A DNA stretch of 64,000 nucleotides. Source: Balanoglossus misakiensis. Its lineage: Eukaryota; Animalia; Hemichordata. Below, piece after piece: positions 29,301 to 41,660 of the stretch. The stretch lies in contig CM082581.2 in NCBI GenBank assembly GCA_040954595.2, positions 3,650,699-3,714,698 on the forward strand. Direction: 5' to 3'. The notes under the pieces are model-generated. The model saw only the letters and a list, made by a program, of their open reading frames with translations, did not search any database and was not told the DNA's origin. The translations under genes were made by a program, and so were the position numbers. Numbering within the stretch: the first letter of the stretch is position 1; each line of letters opens with the position of its first letter.

Positions 29301-32300
29301 AAACCATTAAAGGATATCTGTTTTGACTTCAGTGTGACTTTTACAGTCAAGTCAGGAAATTTTGCCATGGCGGTTTTGCTGAAGTTGCACATAAGGAGCT
29401 GTTTAATCTTCAAGATATCCAGCTTCTGGTTCTCTTTAATCATTTTCTTTGCCTTCTGCATTTGATCTTCGATGTCCTTGATCACCTGGTTAACTTTGTC
29501 TTCAACTTGTTCCACACGCTCTAGCCTGCCAGTTATCAAGATACGTGAAGAGTTCTGGTCGTCAATTACCTCCACTTCTCCAGTTGCCCATCCTGCCTTC
29601 TGACTGATCACTTGCAGCCAGATGCCTTCCAAGACAGACACGTCAGCACACTTGAAATTCTTCAGGAACTTGGAGAGAGCTTCGTTCACTGTCTTGGACC
29701 AGTCTTTGCATTTCTGGTGCCGGTTTTCCACTTCCTCTGGAAAACTGGGAATGATAAGAATGGAATCATTGCTTCCTGCTGCGGGCCATTCATGCTGGGC
29801 ATAGACTTTTGACAGCGATTTCTTCAGTTCTTCCAGGTACTGTGGTTTGGATGTGATGTAATTAAGAACGTTTGGATGCGCCTTTATGGTAATTGGATCG
29901 GGTATTCTGGCTGGTGGTTCATCACTGCTCACAACTTCACCGAGGCACTCATAATATGGTTGGACTTCTATTGCCTTCTTGTATACTTTATGTTGTTTTG
30001 ACAACACTGAATCTAGAACTGAGGACACAAGAGAAGAAACCCTATCATCAATGCCCTCCACTTAGGTTAGCAAACAAAATATCATGTGATTGTCCTGTGG
30101 AAAATTTGGATTCCTTATATCATGTATACAGAGAATGTTAAAATGCCAATGGTTCCATGGAATTACATGAATTTAAAAAAAAAAAATTTCTTCAAACTCT
30201 GAAAACTATAACCCTGAAATCTTTCTTTAAAATCTCACAGCTTGAAAGTAAAGTCTTTGTCAACTTTCTCATGTTCTTAATCAATCTGATTAAAATCAGA
30301 TGTAGGGAACGGCGACATGGTTTTTTTTATGCTGTCGTAGTGTGAGGCGACACCATAAAAAAAAAACACGTCGCCGTTCCCTACATCTGATTTTATCAGA
30401 TTGGTTCTTAATTACCTTTGTAATCTTTGAAACTGACCAATGCAGTCCCAGTATCTTCTTTCATTTCAACGTCAACCACTTCGCCTCCACCACTTTTCTT
30501 TTTAGCCTCAAAGTACAGTTCCAGAGTATCATCAGTAACATTTGGAGGAAGATTTTTTACCATGATACAATTGGTGAGATGCACAGGTTCAACTGTAATC
30601 TTGGCTTTGTTCAATTTCCTCTTTCCAATTTTTTTCTTTATATTTTCAAAATCTGAAGAAAAACAATATCCCTCTAGAATTCTATGTTGTATAATGAAAT
30701 GCAATTCAGTTGGCATTTCACCACTTCGACAATGGATCACATACTTTTTAAAATAGAATTCAGAATCTAATTAAGCAATAACAGGATCAAGCATTAAACA
30801 TAAAGCAGATAAGAAAAAGTGACAAGACAGGCATCGCGCATGGCTAAGTATAAGGTATCAAACATTCTCACAGAGCAGTTCCAAAATAAAATGTCTGTAT
30901 TTTTGCTTTGTTTATTTGGTTTACCCCCACATTTTCCCTGATGCATGCTTAGTTCAAGCAATGCTAAAACAGTATTTTAGCATCACTAGATTGAGCTCTC
31001 CAATCAGAACGGCAGACGGTAGTATGATATAATATAATATGATTTCCATAGTAATAGAAAATAGGATGTCTGCATATAACTGTTAATTTAAACTAATCAC
31101 TGTTCATTCTGTGTGTGCTTTGCAAGTTGTCTGTGCCGTGCAACATGTATTTTCCTTTGTTTCCAGCTGTCTGTGTAAACTGGCCATGAAAATGTGATAT
31201 TTGATTCATGATTTTTGGAATGCAGACGGGCATGATTGCAATTATGTATCTGATTTATTTAACATTCTACAGCTTATGTTTACCTTTAATTTCGTCATCA
31301 TATCGTACCAGTACCATATCAGGTTCTTCACCAAAAAGTAGTTCTGCATCGTCCTCCATCCCAGTACAGGTTTCCAAGTATAACTCAAGATGTTCTCTTT
31401 TTGTGCCATCTGCCAATCCTCTCAACAGAAAACTCTTTCTATCTCTGGGAAGCTTTGGTTTCTTTTTTTTCTTTGCAGGCTCTCTGACGGTCAGCTTCAT
31501 TTTAGATATTTTGTGATTTTGACGTTCAAGAATTCTTGCTGCATCTGCAAAGATTTTATAAATATTAATATGTAAGTTGTGGATTTGGCTGGCAGGTTTC
31601 GTGCAAGACTTGTTTGCTACATTAGGGGACCGTCAGTTTTTACGGCAGGGGGGGGGGGGGGGGGGCGGCAAGTTTGTGTCATCGGTCCTCAAAATCAGGC
31701 CGACCCCCCCTTCAGCCAGGACCAAAAAATGATGACCCCCCCTTTGACAGACCCAAAAATATGATGACCCCCCCCCCCCACGCTGAAAATATTCGCCGCC
31801 TGATCCTATGTACACTGTATGCAATAAAAACTGAACGGTCCCTAAGTGGAGTATGCATGGTCTGCATTTGAAATCCTGTAAAACACAAGTTGGCATTGCA
31901 CTTCATAAAACCAAATGTAATAATACTGAATAGATATAGCCCTTCAATAGTGCTTACCATCTGGACTTTCAAATGTAATGACCAGTACACCATTGATGAC
32001 ATTACTGGATTCAATAGGACCACCACCTGATCGCTTACTCTCAAAGTAGAGTTCCAGTGTCTCAGTGCTTGTGTCTGGAGGGAAACCTGTCACTTCTATT
32101 GTACAGTTGGCTTCTTCTTCTTCTTCTGAATCACTCTCTATTACAAGAAGTAAGAATATTGATATAACCACAGTGACTCACCGCGCTCATGAAAGTAATG
32201 ATACAGAATCACATACCGGTATATGTAATCTGTAATATCACAGTGTGCCAATTAAGTCTATCTTGATTCTTGTATTGCCCATCTATCACAAAACATTATC

Positions 32301-35300
32301 CACATCACTGAGTATGCATGCCAAGTGAACATGCAACTCCTGCTTTCACTTATATACATTGATCCATCAAACATAAGTCAAATGAAGATTAGCATATAGT
32401 GGGGGGGGGGGGAACAATTATCCTGGAAAAGTATAAAACCATTATACTTCATAAAAACCGAACACACAGCTGAGTTTAGGCAAAAAACATCTGATACCTT
32501 CATGGTCACTCAGTTCATGTTGTTTCTTTTCCTCTCTTGTTGGTTGGAACTGTTGTACTATTAATGGTCTCCTTCCCAAAGCATGCTTTCCATGGTTAAG
32601 AACACGTTCTGCCACTAGTAGATGGGGAATAGAGAAATGGATGACACAATTAAAATTCTACTAATGCAAATCATGTACTCACCACTTACTAAGCCTTGAT
32701 GACATAGTTTTGGTGTTTTGTGTTGAAGCTACATGTTCTAGTATATTATTTTTAAATCATCAATATATTTTGTCAAACATATATCAACAATTTCACTGTC
32801 ATATTAAGATTTCACCTGTTTTTAATTTTAGCTGACCAGCTACCACATTGCCACAAAACAAACTTAAGAATAATTGGCGATCTGGCCAATGATGTCTTTG
32901 GAAATACGTTCTTTTCTGTGTTATGAAAATCAAGACCTTTCAAGAAATATGATTTTGGGATACATTGTAGCAGTTATGTTTGAACAGGTAAATAATCTTA
33001 CCTTCTGGGCTCTCATACGTAATGACAAAGGTTTCATCATCTTTCATTTCACACGCTGCAAATGGTCCTCCACCAGATTTTCTCTTGCTCTCAAAATACA
33101 TCTCCAAAGTTTCCTCAGAGGTTTCTTTCTTAAATCCGGTGACTTCCAATTTACAGGGATCAACCTGAATGGTATCTGAGAATGAAAAATTTGAGCATAA
33201 ATGATATGCACTTTTGCATAAAATGTTTGGAAATGCCATACAATCACACAAAATAAGTCAAGCCGATCATGTTTGTCCAGCCATTTTAAAACAATATCCA
33301 CATCACTCAGAGTACGGTATTTATGTCAAGTGTACATGCAATTCAGACTTTACTTTGATTTTGTATACCGGTACATTGATCCATCAAATGTACTATTAAA
33401 AAGTCAAACGAAGAAGCATTATATAGTGGGGGAAAAACTAAAACCATTCTAGAAAAGTTTTTACCATAATACCCATGATCATAAAAAATATATATGATCA
33501 TAAAAAAAGACACAGCTCAATTAGTAGGCGAGAAACATCTGATACCTTCATGGTCACTCAGTTCATGTTGTATCTTTTTCTCTCTTGTTGGTTGGAACTG
33601 TTTTACTATTAATGGTCTCCCTTCCAAAACATGCCTTTCTTGACTAAGAACACGTTCTGCCACTAGAAGATGGGGAATTGAGAATATTGAAAGTAATGAG
33701 AGAAAAAAATTCTATATGTATGAAGAGGACAAAAGATTTCCATGTGAATAGTAGGGCCAGTGAGGATATTAATCAATTTACATACCGTACAAAAGACATG
33801 TGTCACCAATCACACAATGCTGCCATGGCAACAACAAGCATTATCGAAGGTGAGGTGGTAAATTAAGGCATGCACTTGCATGGGTTTTGGGTGTATACAG
33901 TGGCATTTTAACAGGTGAAATTATAAGTATTATCTTACCTTCTGGGCTTTCATAAGTAATGACAAAGGTTTCATCATCTTTCATTTCGTATTCTGCAAGT
34001 GGTCCTCCACCAGATTTTTTCTTGCTCTCAAAATACATCTCCAAAGCTTCTTCAGAGGTTCCTTTCTTAAATCCGGTGACTTCCAATTTACAGGGATCAA
34101 GCTGAATGGTATCTGAGAATGAAAAATTTGCACTGAATCATCTGAGCACAAACGATACTGCATATTTTAACATGAGAACTATAATGTTTGACATTGATGG
34201 TCAAGGTATGCATGGACACATGTAACAACTCACATGAACAATGAACTGAATTGGTGTTGATGACCATGTTTTGTGACCATTAATTTTGATCATCAGTGAA
34301 GTCTTGGACTTACATGTAAAACATTTCACATAGCATATTACATGATATGTCATGCACATGCAGTTGTCATTATTAGAACATATTGCATCTGATGCAGTCA
34401 CATTCTTTGACCACAACTAAAAAACAGTAGCTACCACATTGCAACAATCAATGAAACCACACAATATTTGTATCACTGACCATCTGTATCAGAAATCTTT
34501 GGCTGTCTCACTGTTAGCTTGACACCATCCAAGACATGATCATGACCCAGAACTCTTTCCGTGACTGAAACGAGAACCAACATGATCGCAAAATGTAACT
34601 TCAGAATACAATGGTCTACATTTGTATATGAGTTGTGTGTGATTTGCCTATAGACATAACATCAGAATGACAAAGTTCCAAGTAACAATTTTGCTCAATT
34701 TTGGTAACAGCATGCAACTTTCACTTTAAAACTGAATTGCGTGAACTCAAAAATTTATTTATAGTCACTGTTGATGATGTAGTTCCCACTAGAGCACAAA
34801 ATGTGCACAGAAATCAGGCATGTCTAAAGCCTTAACCAAATGGACGCTAGATCATATTGTTCTTTTTGTGTGTGAATGAGATTGGTTTGGGCATCATGTC
34901 ATCCACATGCACACTTGAAGAACTCCAAACAGACAAGCACACACACAAATGAACTCTAACTAATGTATACTGTAGTGCTTCCACCTCTAAACATGCACGC
35001 ACTCACCAAAAAATAATCCAAACATCATCACTGATTAATAACTTACCTTCCAGATTCTCAAAAGTCACAACAAAAGTTGTTTCATCTTTCATCTCATGAT
35101 CTACAAGAGGACCACCACCAGATTTTCTTTCACTCTCAAAGTACATTTCCAACATTTCATAAGACGTTCCTTCCTTGAATCCAGTGACTTCCAGCATACA
35201 GGGATTTACTGATGAGGTGTCTGTCATGTCAATGTCATACAGAGATAAAACACACTTTATTCAATATTCAATTGTCCAATCTTGTAAGTTGATTAAATTT

Positions 35301-38300
35301 GAACAGTAAAGTTCACTATAGAAAGTACCAGGTATTGTTACTCACATATATCTTCATCAAATGATTGGTACCGACTTTCTTCCTTTGTTGGTATAAACCA
35401 CTTCACTGTCAGTAGGTTGCCACCCAAAACATGGTTTCCACGATCCATAACACGTTCTGCGACTACAATAAATAACACATCATGTCACAGTGCCGGTCAA
35501 CTAAGGTTCCATTTTGTTTTTTTCATTAAAGTTTGATCAGAGACTGACAGCGATCATTCCAAAACTGAATCCACACTTTCATATTCATATTTCTCACAAT
35601 ATGGGAAATCAATATCAAGTATACATTGTTGCATTGTTTGTAAAATATTGTCCATTAATTACCTTCTGCACTCTCAAAAGTCACAACAAAAGTTGTGTCA
35701 TCTTTCATCTCATGATCTACAAGATGACCACCACCAGATTTTCTTTCACTCTCAAAGTACATTTCTAACATTTCATAAGACGTTCCTTCCTTGAATCCAG
35801 TGACTTCCACTGTACAGTCATCAGTCACGGAATCTGTGGAAAAAATGAAAATGGTCCAAATGAATCTGATCAGTGAATATGAAATCGATAACAACAATAG
35901 CATTGTATTTCATATAATAATCAATTAGAATACCGCCACCAGATTTTCTTTTCCTCTCACAGTACATTTTCAACTTGTCTTTTGATGTTTCTTGAATCTT
36001 GTAATTTTAACTTGCAAAGTACGTTTTTTTTTACCATTTTCTCCCCTAACAATGATTGTACCGGTATAGCAAAAGAGACACTGGTAAAAGCACTTGCAAG
36101 TTTATATCTATTCTTGTGACAAGTCTTAAATCACTTAGCAGTATGGTGTAAATGAATGGTAAACTCCTACTTAAACCAAAAGTTACACTTATCACTTATA
36201 TATGTCTGGCTGCTAAACTTACCTTTGCACAAGTTACATTGAACTTGCGACTCACAAAGACATTTGAACATATAAATGTGTTTTTGGTTAATTACGTACC
36301 ATCTTCATGGACTGGTTCTTGTTCTTCATCTTTTACAGGTTTGTACCACGTTACGGTAAAAGGAGAACCTTTTAACACATGATTTCCATGATTAACAACC
36401 CGCTCTGCAACTGAAATGAATGAGGTCCAATATAAAATCAAATGCAGGAAGTTTGTTAGACTGTCGACAGTCCCTCGCGCCTAATGTGTATCTTTTTTGA
36501 GGGCCGAAGGCCTGATTCGGCGTTTCGTGCAAGGGCCGTAAGGCCCGAGGGACTGTTATAGCTCTCCGCGCCCCCACACGGCATTGTAGAGAAATTCACC
36601 GGTAACGCAACTGGCATGATTGACAGTTAATATACCTCATAAACTCATTGACCAATCATATTGTCACGCAGTATCGGGTCAACTAAATATTGAATCAATA
36701 ACAAACAAACGCATGCGTGACCCATGACACGGTGACCTTTACGCCGCCCATATGCAAATTTTACTACGTCATTTTCTGCATGCATAATTAATATCGAGGC
36801 AAGACTTACAAGCTATAACAGTCCCTCAGGCTTTATGGCCCTCGCACGAAACGCCTTCGGCGTTTCGCGTATCGGGCCTTCGGCCCTCAGAAAAGATACA
36901 CATTATAGGCACGAGGGACTGTCGACAGTCTAGAAGTTTGTGTGTGCTGGTACGAGAACCTTACTACATTTGCATCATGACCCCCTGTTGACTAATGACG
37001 TCATTTGGAAGTTCTCCACGTAGCCGGGTCCAAAGGGTTATTATACTTTAAATACAATGACTCAAGTTTCTACTGCTGAAAGCTTAAGACCAACTTCAGA
37101 GCAACAAATGATCAGAATGTGGTATTTCAAGAAATACTGGGAAAGCATAATGTTGACTGGCTAATTACAATGTAGGATTTGACTAATCTTACACATGGTC
37201 AAGTATTTCATACTTGAGGTTTGGAAGTTTGGCAAGGGTTATACAGTGGACGATGTGCTTGTCAATGTTTTCTTATCATTAAGATCATATGATTTTTTTT
37301 CTAAAAATTTAGTGTCAAAGTACCTGGCAGATATTGTATGAACAAATTTCTGACAGAATTTGCATCATGCATTTTAATACACTTTTCCATTCATGTATGA
37401 TTTTAAATGTATGTGTCATTGTTGTGTTGTGAAAAATGTACCTTACCTTCTGCACTCTCAAAAGTCACAACAAAAGTTGTGTCATCTTTCATCTCATGAT
37501 CTACAAGAGGACCACCACCAGATTTTCTTTCACTCTCGAAATACATTTCCAACATTTCCTGTGATGTTCCTTCCTTGAATCCAGTGACTTCCAATGTACA
37601 ATCTTCAGTCACAGAATCTGTAAACAATTAAAAATGGTTCAAATGAATATGTAAGGCCAATATGAAATCAGTCTTGTTCTTCAAGTTCGTGAGAAATATA
37701 CAACTCTTCCAAAATTCAAAACTGTTTCTTTTGTGACAATCTCAATATTACCATACATATGCACATTGGTTCAGTATTGAATGATCCATTGATTGTGACA
37801 ATAACAGATTTTATGCTTAAAGTTGGTGATGTCTTTGAGCACTGAGACATAAATTGGCATATGTCAGTCTTTTCTGATCTGCAATCAATTTTAAAAATTG
37901 TATTATAAAAAATTAGTGTCACCTTCACATTCCTCTGTGTCAGCTTCTGGCATTTTGGAGGTCACTCTTTCATCTTTGGTCATGCTTGATAAAAAAGGTT
38001 TCTGTTGTTCTGGAGGTAAACTCTTGAAATAGAAAGACACATATTCAAGGGGACAGGAACGCCACTGCGCTTGTTGGTCAGGTGGTAGACTCTGAAGAAA
38101 TTTCTGTAGCACTTCTTCAGAGATATTTTCCTGTGTTTCTGGTGGTGCGGCTGTTACCTGCTCTGTCATTGGCTGGGAAGACCGACGACCACTCTTGTCA
38201 TGCTGGGGGCGCTGTCCTGCTGGCTGGTTTGCTTGAGGCCACCTTGGTTGAGGTTGCTGCATTTGAGGATTGAATCCTGGATATCCTGGGTATTGTTGGG

Positions 38301-40395
38301 GAAAATTAGGTGGATAATTCATTCCCGGGTACATTCCTGGAGGCATCCCTGGATACATCCCTGCAGGACTATACTGATAGGGATTCCAACCTGGTGGCAT
38401 CTGTGATGGATCAATTTGCTGCCCTTTTGAATCTTGTGGCATTTGACGATTTGCTCCACTCGGAACAGCCTGAGGCATGTTAGGGGTGCTACTCCTAGGT
38501 GGAGTGTTCCATGGCTGATCTGATCCCATACTGGCTGATACATTGGGATCTTGCAGAGGCGTACCATGCTGAGAATATGACAATGAGGACCAGGTGCTTG
38601 AGTCTGCAGGATAATCTCTTCCACTGGTACTGAAGAAACCATAATTCTCTGCTGAAAATTGAGTAGGAGGATACCTTGCACTCTGCTCACTGTCTGGAGT
38701 ACCCTCTTGGATGTTTGGATATTTCACAGTCTCGTCTGGTACAAAATCGGTCTTATTTTCACCCTCTTCAGTAGTACTGTCATCAAGAAAGGAATCCTGT
38801 GAAAAAGTCCAAATAATCACGAAAACATTATGGATTGTCAGATTTCTCACATTGTAGATACAGAATTGTTTACCTGTAAGAGACATATCCTTTGTATTCA
38901 GTTAAAGGTACACAGTCACCTATGCAAATATTTAGCTGCAGTTACGATGGGAAATTATGATTAAGCCATAATAGACTTTCAGTGGGTGGCACATGCAAAA
39001 AAAGAGCGCCACCAGACGTTCCTTAGAACACCCAGATGCTCCATATATGAGCATATGTAAATTTTGGATCAGACAGGTATCTTAGGTCGGTCTAGGTCAC
39101 AACCCCTACCTTACAAACACTATTGTTTCAGATGAACTTTAGTCCACAGGAATTCTCCGAAACACCAATGCATTGTGCAGTTCGGTGAAATATGCCACTT
39201 AATGTTACCCAACTTTTTTCACTTTCACTTTTGAGTTTCAATCTCACTATTAGAAAAACTTCAGATTAAAAGTAATAATCTATTTCGAATGTAATCATAC
39301 AAGCTACTAGTCCAAATAGTCTAATCATGATTTTCATATCTTTAGCTTATTGTCATATTTTATGTAAATCGTAATGGCATTTCCATATGCCAACAAAGTT
39401 AACAAGTAAACAGATTTTCCTCACAAAGGTTTTACTCTATACACTTGTACGCTTCAAGCCATTGAAAAATACAATAAATCTATATTTGTGTCATTAATAT
39501 ATTTTAAATTTACCTGTTTTGGATTGTTGAAATCATCACCCATGTTTAATCTTGTTGAAGAGGGCAGAAAACCAGCTTCAATATTCAGGGGACATGCAGT
39601 AACTGACAGTTGGACCAAATTGCCATCAAAGACAACACTGTGAACATTTTGCTTCTTTTGGAGAACAGCATTGACTGATTCTGTAAGGTAATACAGAAAA
39701 GAATTACTAGACTTGCGACCTTTTTGTAAAACTTAAAGTGCGTTTGATTACAAAGGCGTTGATGTCTTCAATCTTTTAATTGCTTCTTTCGTTTTCCATT
39801 TAAATAACACAGAAACACACAGATTTGCCGCACGACTAGGTGAAAACACCAGCCAAAAAGGCGTTACAACTTTAAATGGAAAAACACAGGTCAAAGAATT
39901 ACACATCAACTCCACACAAAAAAGATAACTTCATTTTGTGAATGAAACGTGGAAAACAGCAGCTCAAAGGGCGGGGTAGCAGCAGTTCCGTAGCTCCAGG
40001 CTGCATCTACGACTTTGTGAATGTCGTTAGTAATACTTGAACGACATGACGCGGACGCTCTGGCTTCTGACATAGTCCCAACAATCGTCCGGGCAATGTT
40101 GATCAGGCGGCACTGTGTGTAAGAAAGTCGGCTTGAAAAAGACTGAAATCACTGGTGTCAAACTAAAGTGAAACTAGCTGAAATGTCTGATAGGCCTACC
40201 TTCTCCATTCCCGAAAACAACTACAAACGCTCTTTGGTTGGGCGGTAACTGGACGAGATGAACGGCGTCTACTTCTGCATCCCTGCCAGAGATGACGTGT
40301 TTTTGGAAGTGTATCGTGAGTTGCTCAACTGCTGCGGAGTTGTCTATATGCTCTGGAATACCTTGAACAAGTACAGACTTCACACCTTCGGCCAT
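20354..40395 (-). CDS. PARP14: PARP14-like mono-ADP-ribosyltransferase, complete copy (copy B); ~2,742 aa, 31 coding exons
   Basis: ATG at 40395 (MAEGVKSVLVQGIP). GT-AG exons read in a continuous frame: 40200-40395, 39514-39680, 37923-38796, 37447-37617, 36300-36410, 35663-35833, 35346-35462, 35047-35220, 34481-34564, 33939-34112, 33546-33662, 33002-33175, 32498-32614, 31958-32137, 31284-31544, 30416-30652, 28264-30018, 27547-28029, 27134-27306, 26762-26998, 26162-26383, 25368-25563, 24846-24998, 24436-24675, 23719-23928, 23247-23410, 22977-23054, 22302-22677, 22019-22170, 21595-21772, 20354-20640 (sum 8229 nt, divisible by 3). Motifs: repeated LEVTGF..LEMYFES..KSGGG (PARP14/NMI-type RRM); three macrodomains (GDLT..DAIINAAN, VDVLVNT..IPAIGTG, GDIT..DAIVNST); WWE (KWVFLNENEQLEEYD); ART (IERIQN, LYHGT, YGVGSYFA, PSIFVVF..AYPEYLI). 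The H-Y-I triad predicts mono-ADP-ribosylation. Confidence 0.9.
20833..21266. mobile_element. Kolobok-like MITE in the last intron of copy B
   Basis: Duplicate of 1465-1896. Confidence 0.7.
31625..31842. mobile_element. PIF/Harbinger-type MITE, present only in copy B
   Basis: TTA|GGGGACCGTCAGTTTTTA ... TAAAAACTGAACGGTCCC|TAA with G/C homopolymer runs. Empty site at ~12821 in copy A. Confidence 0.75.
36457..36932. mobile_element. Non-autonomous DNA transposon with 9-bp TSD and TAG...CTA ends (AcademH-like), present only in copy B
   Basis: TSD GAAGTTTGT at 36448-36456 and 36933-36941; long TIRs starting TAGACTGTCGACAGTCCCTCG. Empty site at ~17813 in copy A. Confidence 0.8.
38906..39054. mobile_element. 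Partial copy of the same Kolobok-like MITE family
   Basis: TTAA|AGGTACACAGTCACCT and internal similarity (gggtggcac..aaaagagcgcc..ccttagaacac.cagat) to 1465-1896. Confidence 0.55.
39217..39232 (-). promoter_or_regulatory. IRF-E/ISRE-like element in PARP14-like intron 2
   Basis: Minus strand AAAAGTGAAAGTGAAA, a tandem GAAA repeat matching the IRF1/2 consensus. Confidence 0.4.
40165..40175 (+). promoter_or_regulatory. IRF-E/ISRE-like element in PARP14-like intron 1
   Basis: AAAGTGAAACT, identical to the 11-mer at 41399-41409 near the divergent gene. Confidence 0.4.
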
Positions 40396-41660
40396 AGTAT
40401 CTGGCCAGTTGTGACGCCGTCTGCCGAATGCGAATGTCTGGTCCACAGTAATATCAGCACCATCACCATGTCCCCGCCCCCAAATTTGTCTTTCGGGGAA
40501 TCCCAAGGTGTCGCAAATTCTGATTGGTTCCTCATCGCGCCTACGTCATCATTAGCTATCAACGTCAACTCGCTGGGGAATCCCCTTCCACAACGTATGG
40601 GGAGGACCCTATTCTTTCGGCCTGGGAGACGTCTGTGGGGAGGTTTCTATCAGTATGAAAAAGCGTTGGTTTCTTTTGAACCATCTATCTATATCTATAA
40701 CATAATACACGTACTGTAATGATAATACCGAATTGAAATACCAAAATTTGCTGTGTCATCCACAGTTAAACTGCATTTGAAATGAATAATCAGAATATAA
40801 AATGTTGTAGTCCTGAAATACCAAACGCGCATACCATAGCAAAATTGACCTCATGCTAAGGAAATTGGCCACTCCCTATATGTCTCACATGATGTTTTCG
40901 ACCATGCAAACTCTGAACTCCTATTTTCAGTCAATAGTTCCACCCTGCTGTAACATTTTGTATAGTTTTACTTCACTTAGATCATCGTGTCAGTACCACA
41001 ATTGGTTCTTCTTCTTTTTATTAACAAAAAGCTTAATTTCGTTTGATTTACTGTAAAATGTTGATGTTTTTTAATATGACTATTTTACTTTCACTTCAGC
41101 TTGCGACGAGAAACTAAAAATATAAAACAGTCATCCTCGATTCTACGAATTGGTCCTGTATACATATGTACAATACATCGAGCCATTTTGAAATTCTACG
41201 AAGTGGACATTTTTGTAAGTATACAGTTTTTGTATGTAGTTTGCTGTGACATATCACAGTCGCTAGTCGTGCGACATATCTGGGAATCTGCATGCAAGCT
41301 TTGACTCGACCACGTCGTAAGTAGAAACGCTAATAGGCCTACATATTGTACTTTCCATTTTTTGTTGTTGTAAAGAATGGTAATCATATTTGTGTTTCAA
41401 AGTGAAACTGGACATTTATAGCTGTGATGTTGGGACCTTTACGTCTTGAGTGAGAATTAGATGTGATGATTCAAATACCCCATTTTCAAGGTGTATTTAT
41501 TGTGCATCATTCTCTGGTTAATAAATAATTTTGGTAAAGGCACGACGACGAAAATTTTTAGCCCATGCAGGTATACTATTCATTTTGACATTACTTTTTC
41601 GTGTATACTTTACAGATTGGTTGTATTTGCTGTGCCCTGAATTGAAGGCGATAAGTAAAG
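40396..41660. promoter_or_regulatory. Putative bidirectional immune-inducible promoter region
   Basis: Lies between divergent ATGs. GC box CCCCGCCCCC 40472-40481; kB sites GGGGAATCCC 40495-40504 and GGGGAATCCCC 40575-40585; inverted CCAAT (ATTGG) 40523-40527; CRE/ATF-like TACGTCAT 40542-40549; IRF-type TACTTTCACTTC 41086-41097 and AAAGTGAAACT 41399-41409. Confidence 0.65.

Larger units (their letters stand above)
1..37450. repeat. ~19.4-kb tandem segmental duplication (1-~18320 vs 19362-~37450)
   Basis: Position 1 (cattgagggattacacaag) recurs at 19362. Colinear near-identity extends through introns and exons, decreasing toward the RRM array. Confidence 0.95.

Noticed and set aside
30019-30061. 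ORF-track start MEGIDDRVSS of the 621-aa ORFs (also 11222-11264)
   Set aside because: These ORFs are internal exons; a stronger polypyrimidine acceptor (ttcttctcttgtgtcctcag) places the exon start at 30018 and 11221.
12931-37617. Regularly spaced repeats as a CRISPR-like or satellite array
   Set aside because: They are protein-coding exons with GT-AG boundaries in a eukaryotic gene.
40258-40719. 153-aa plus-strand ORF across the promoter
   Set aside because: Antisense to PARP exon 1, with no domain similarity; probably incidental.
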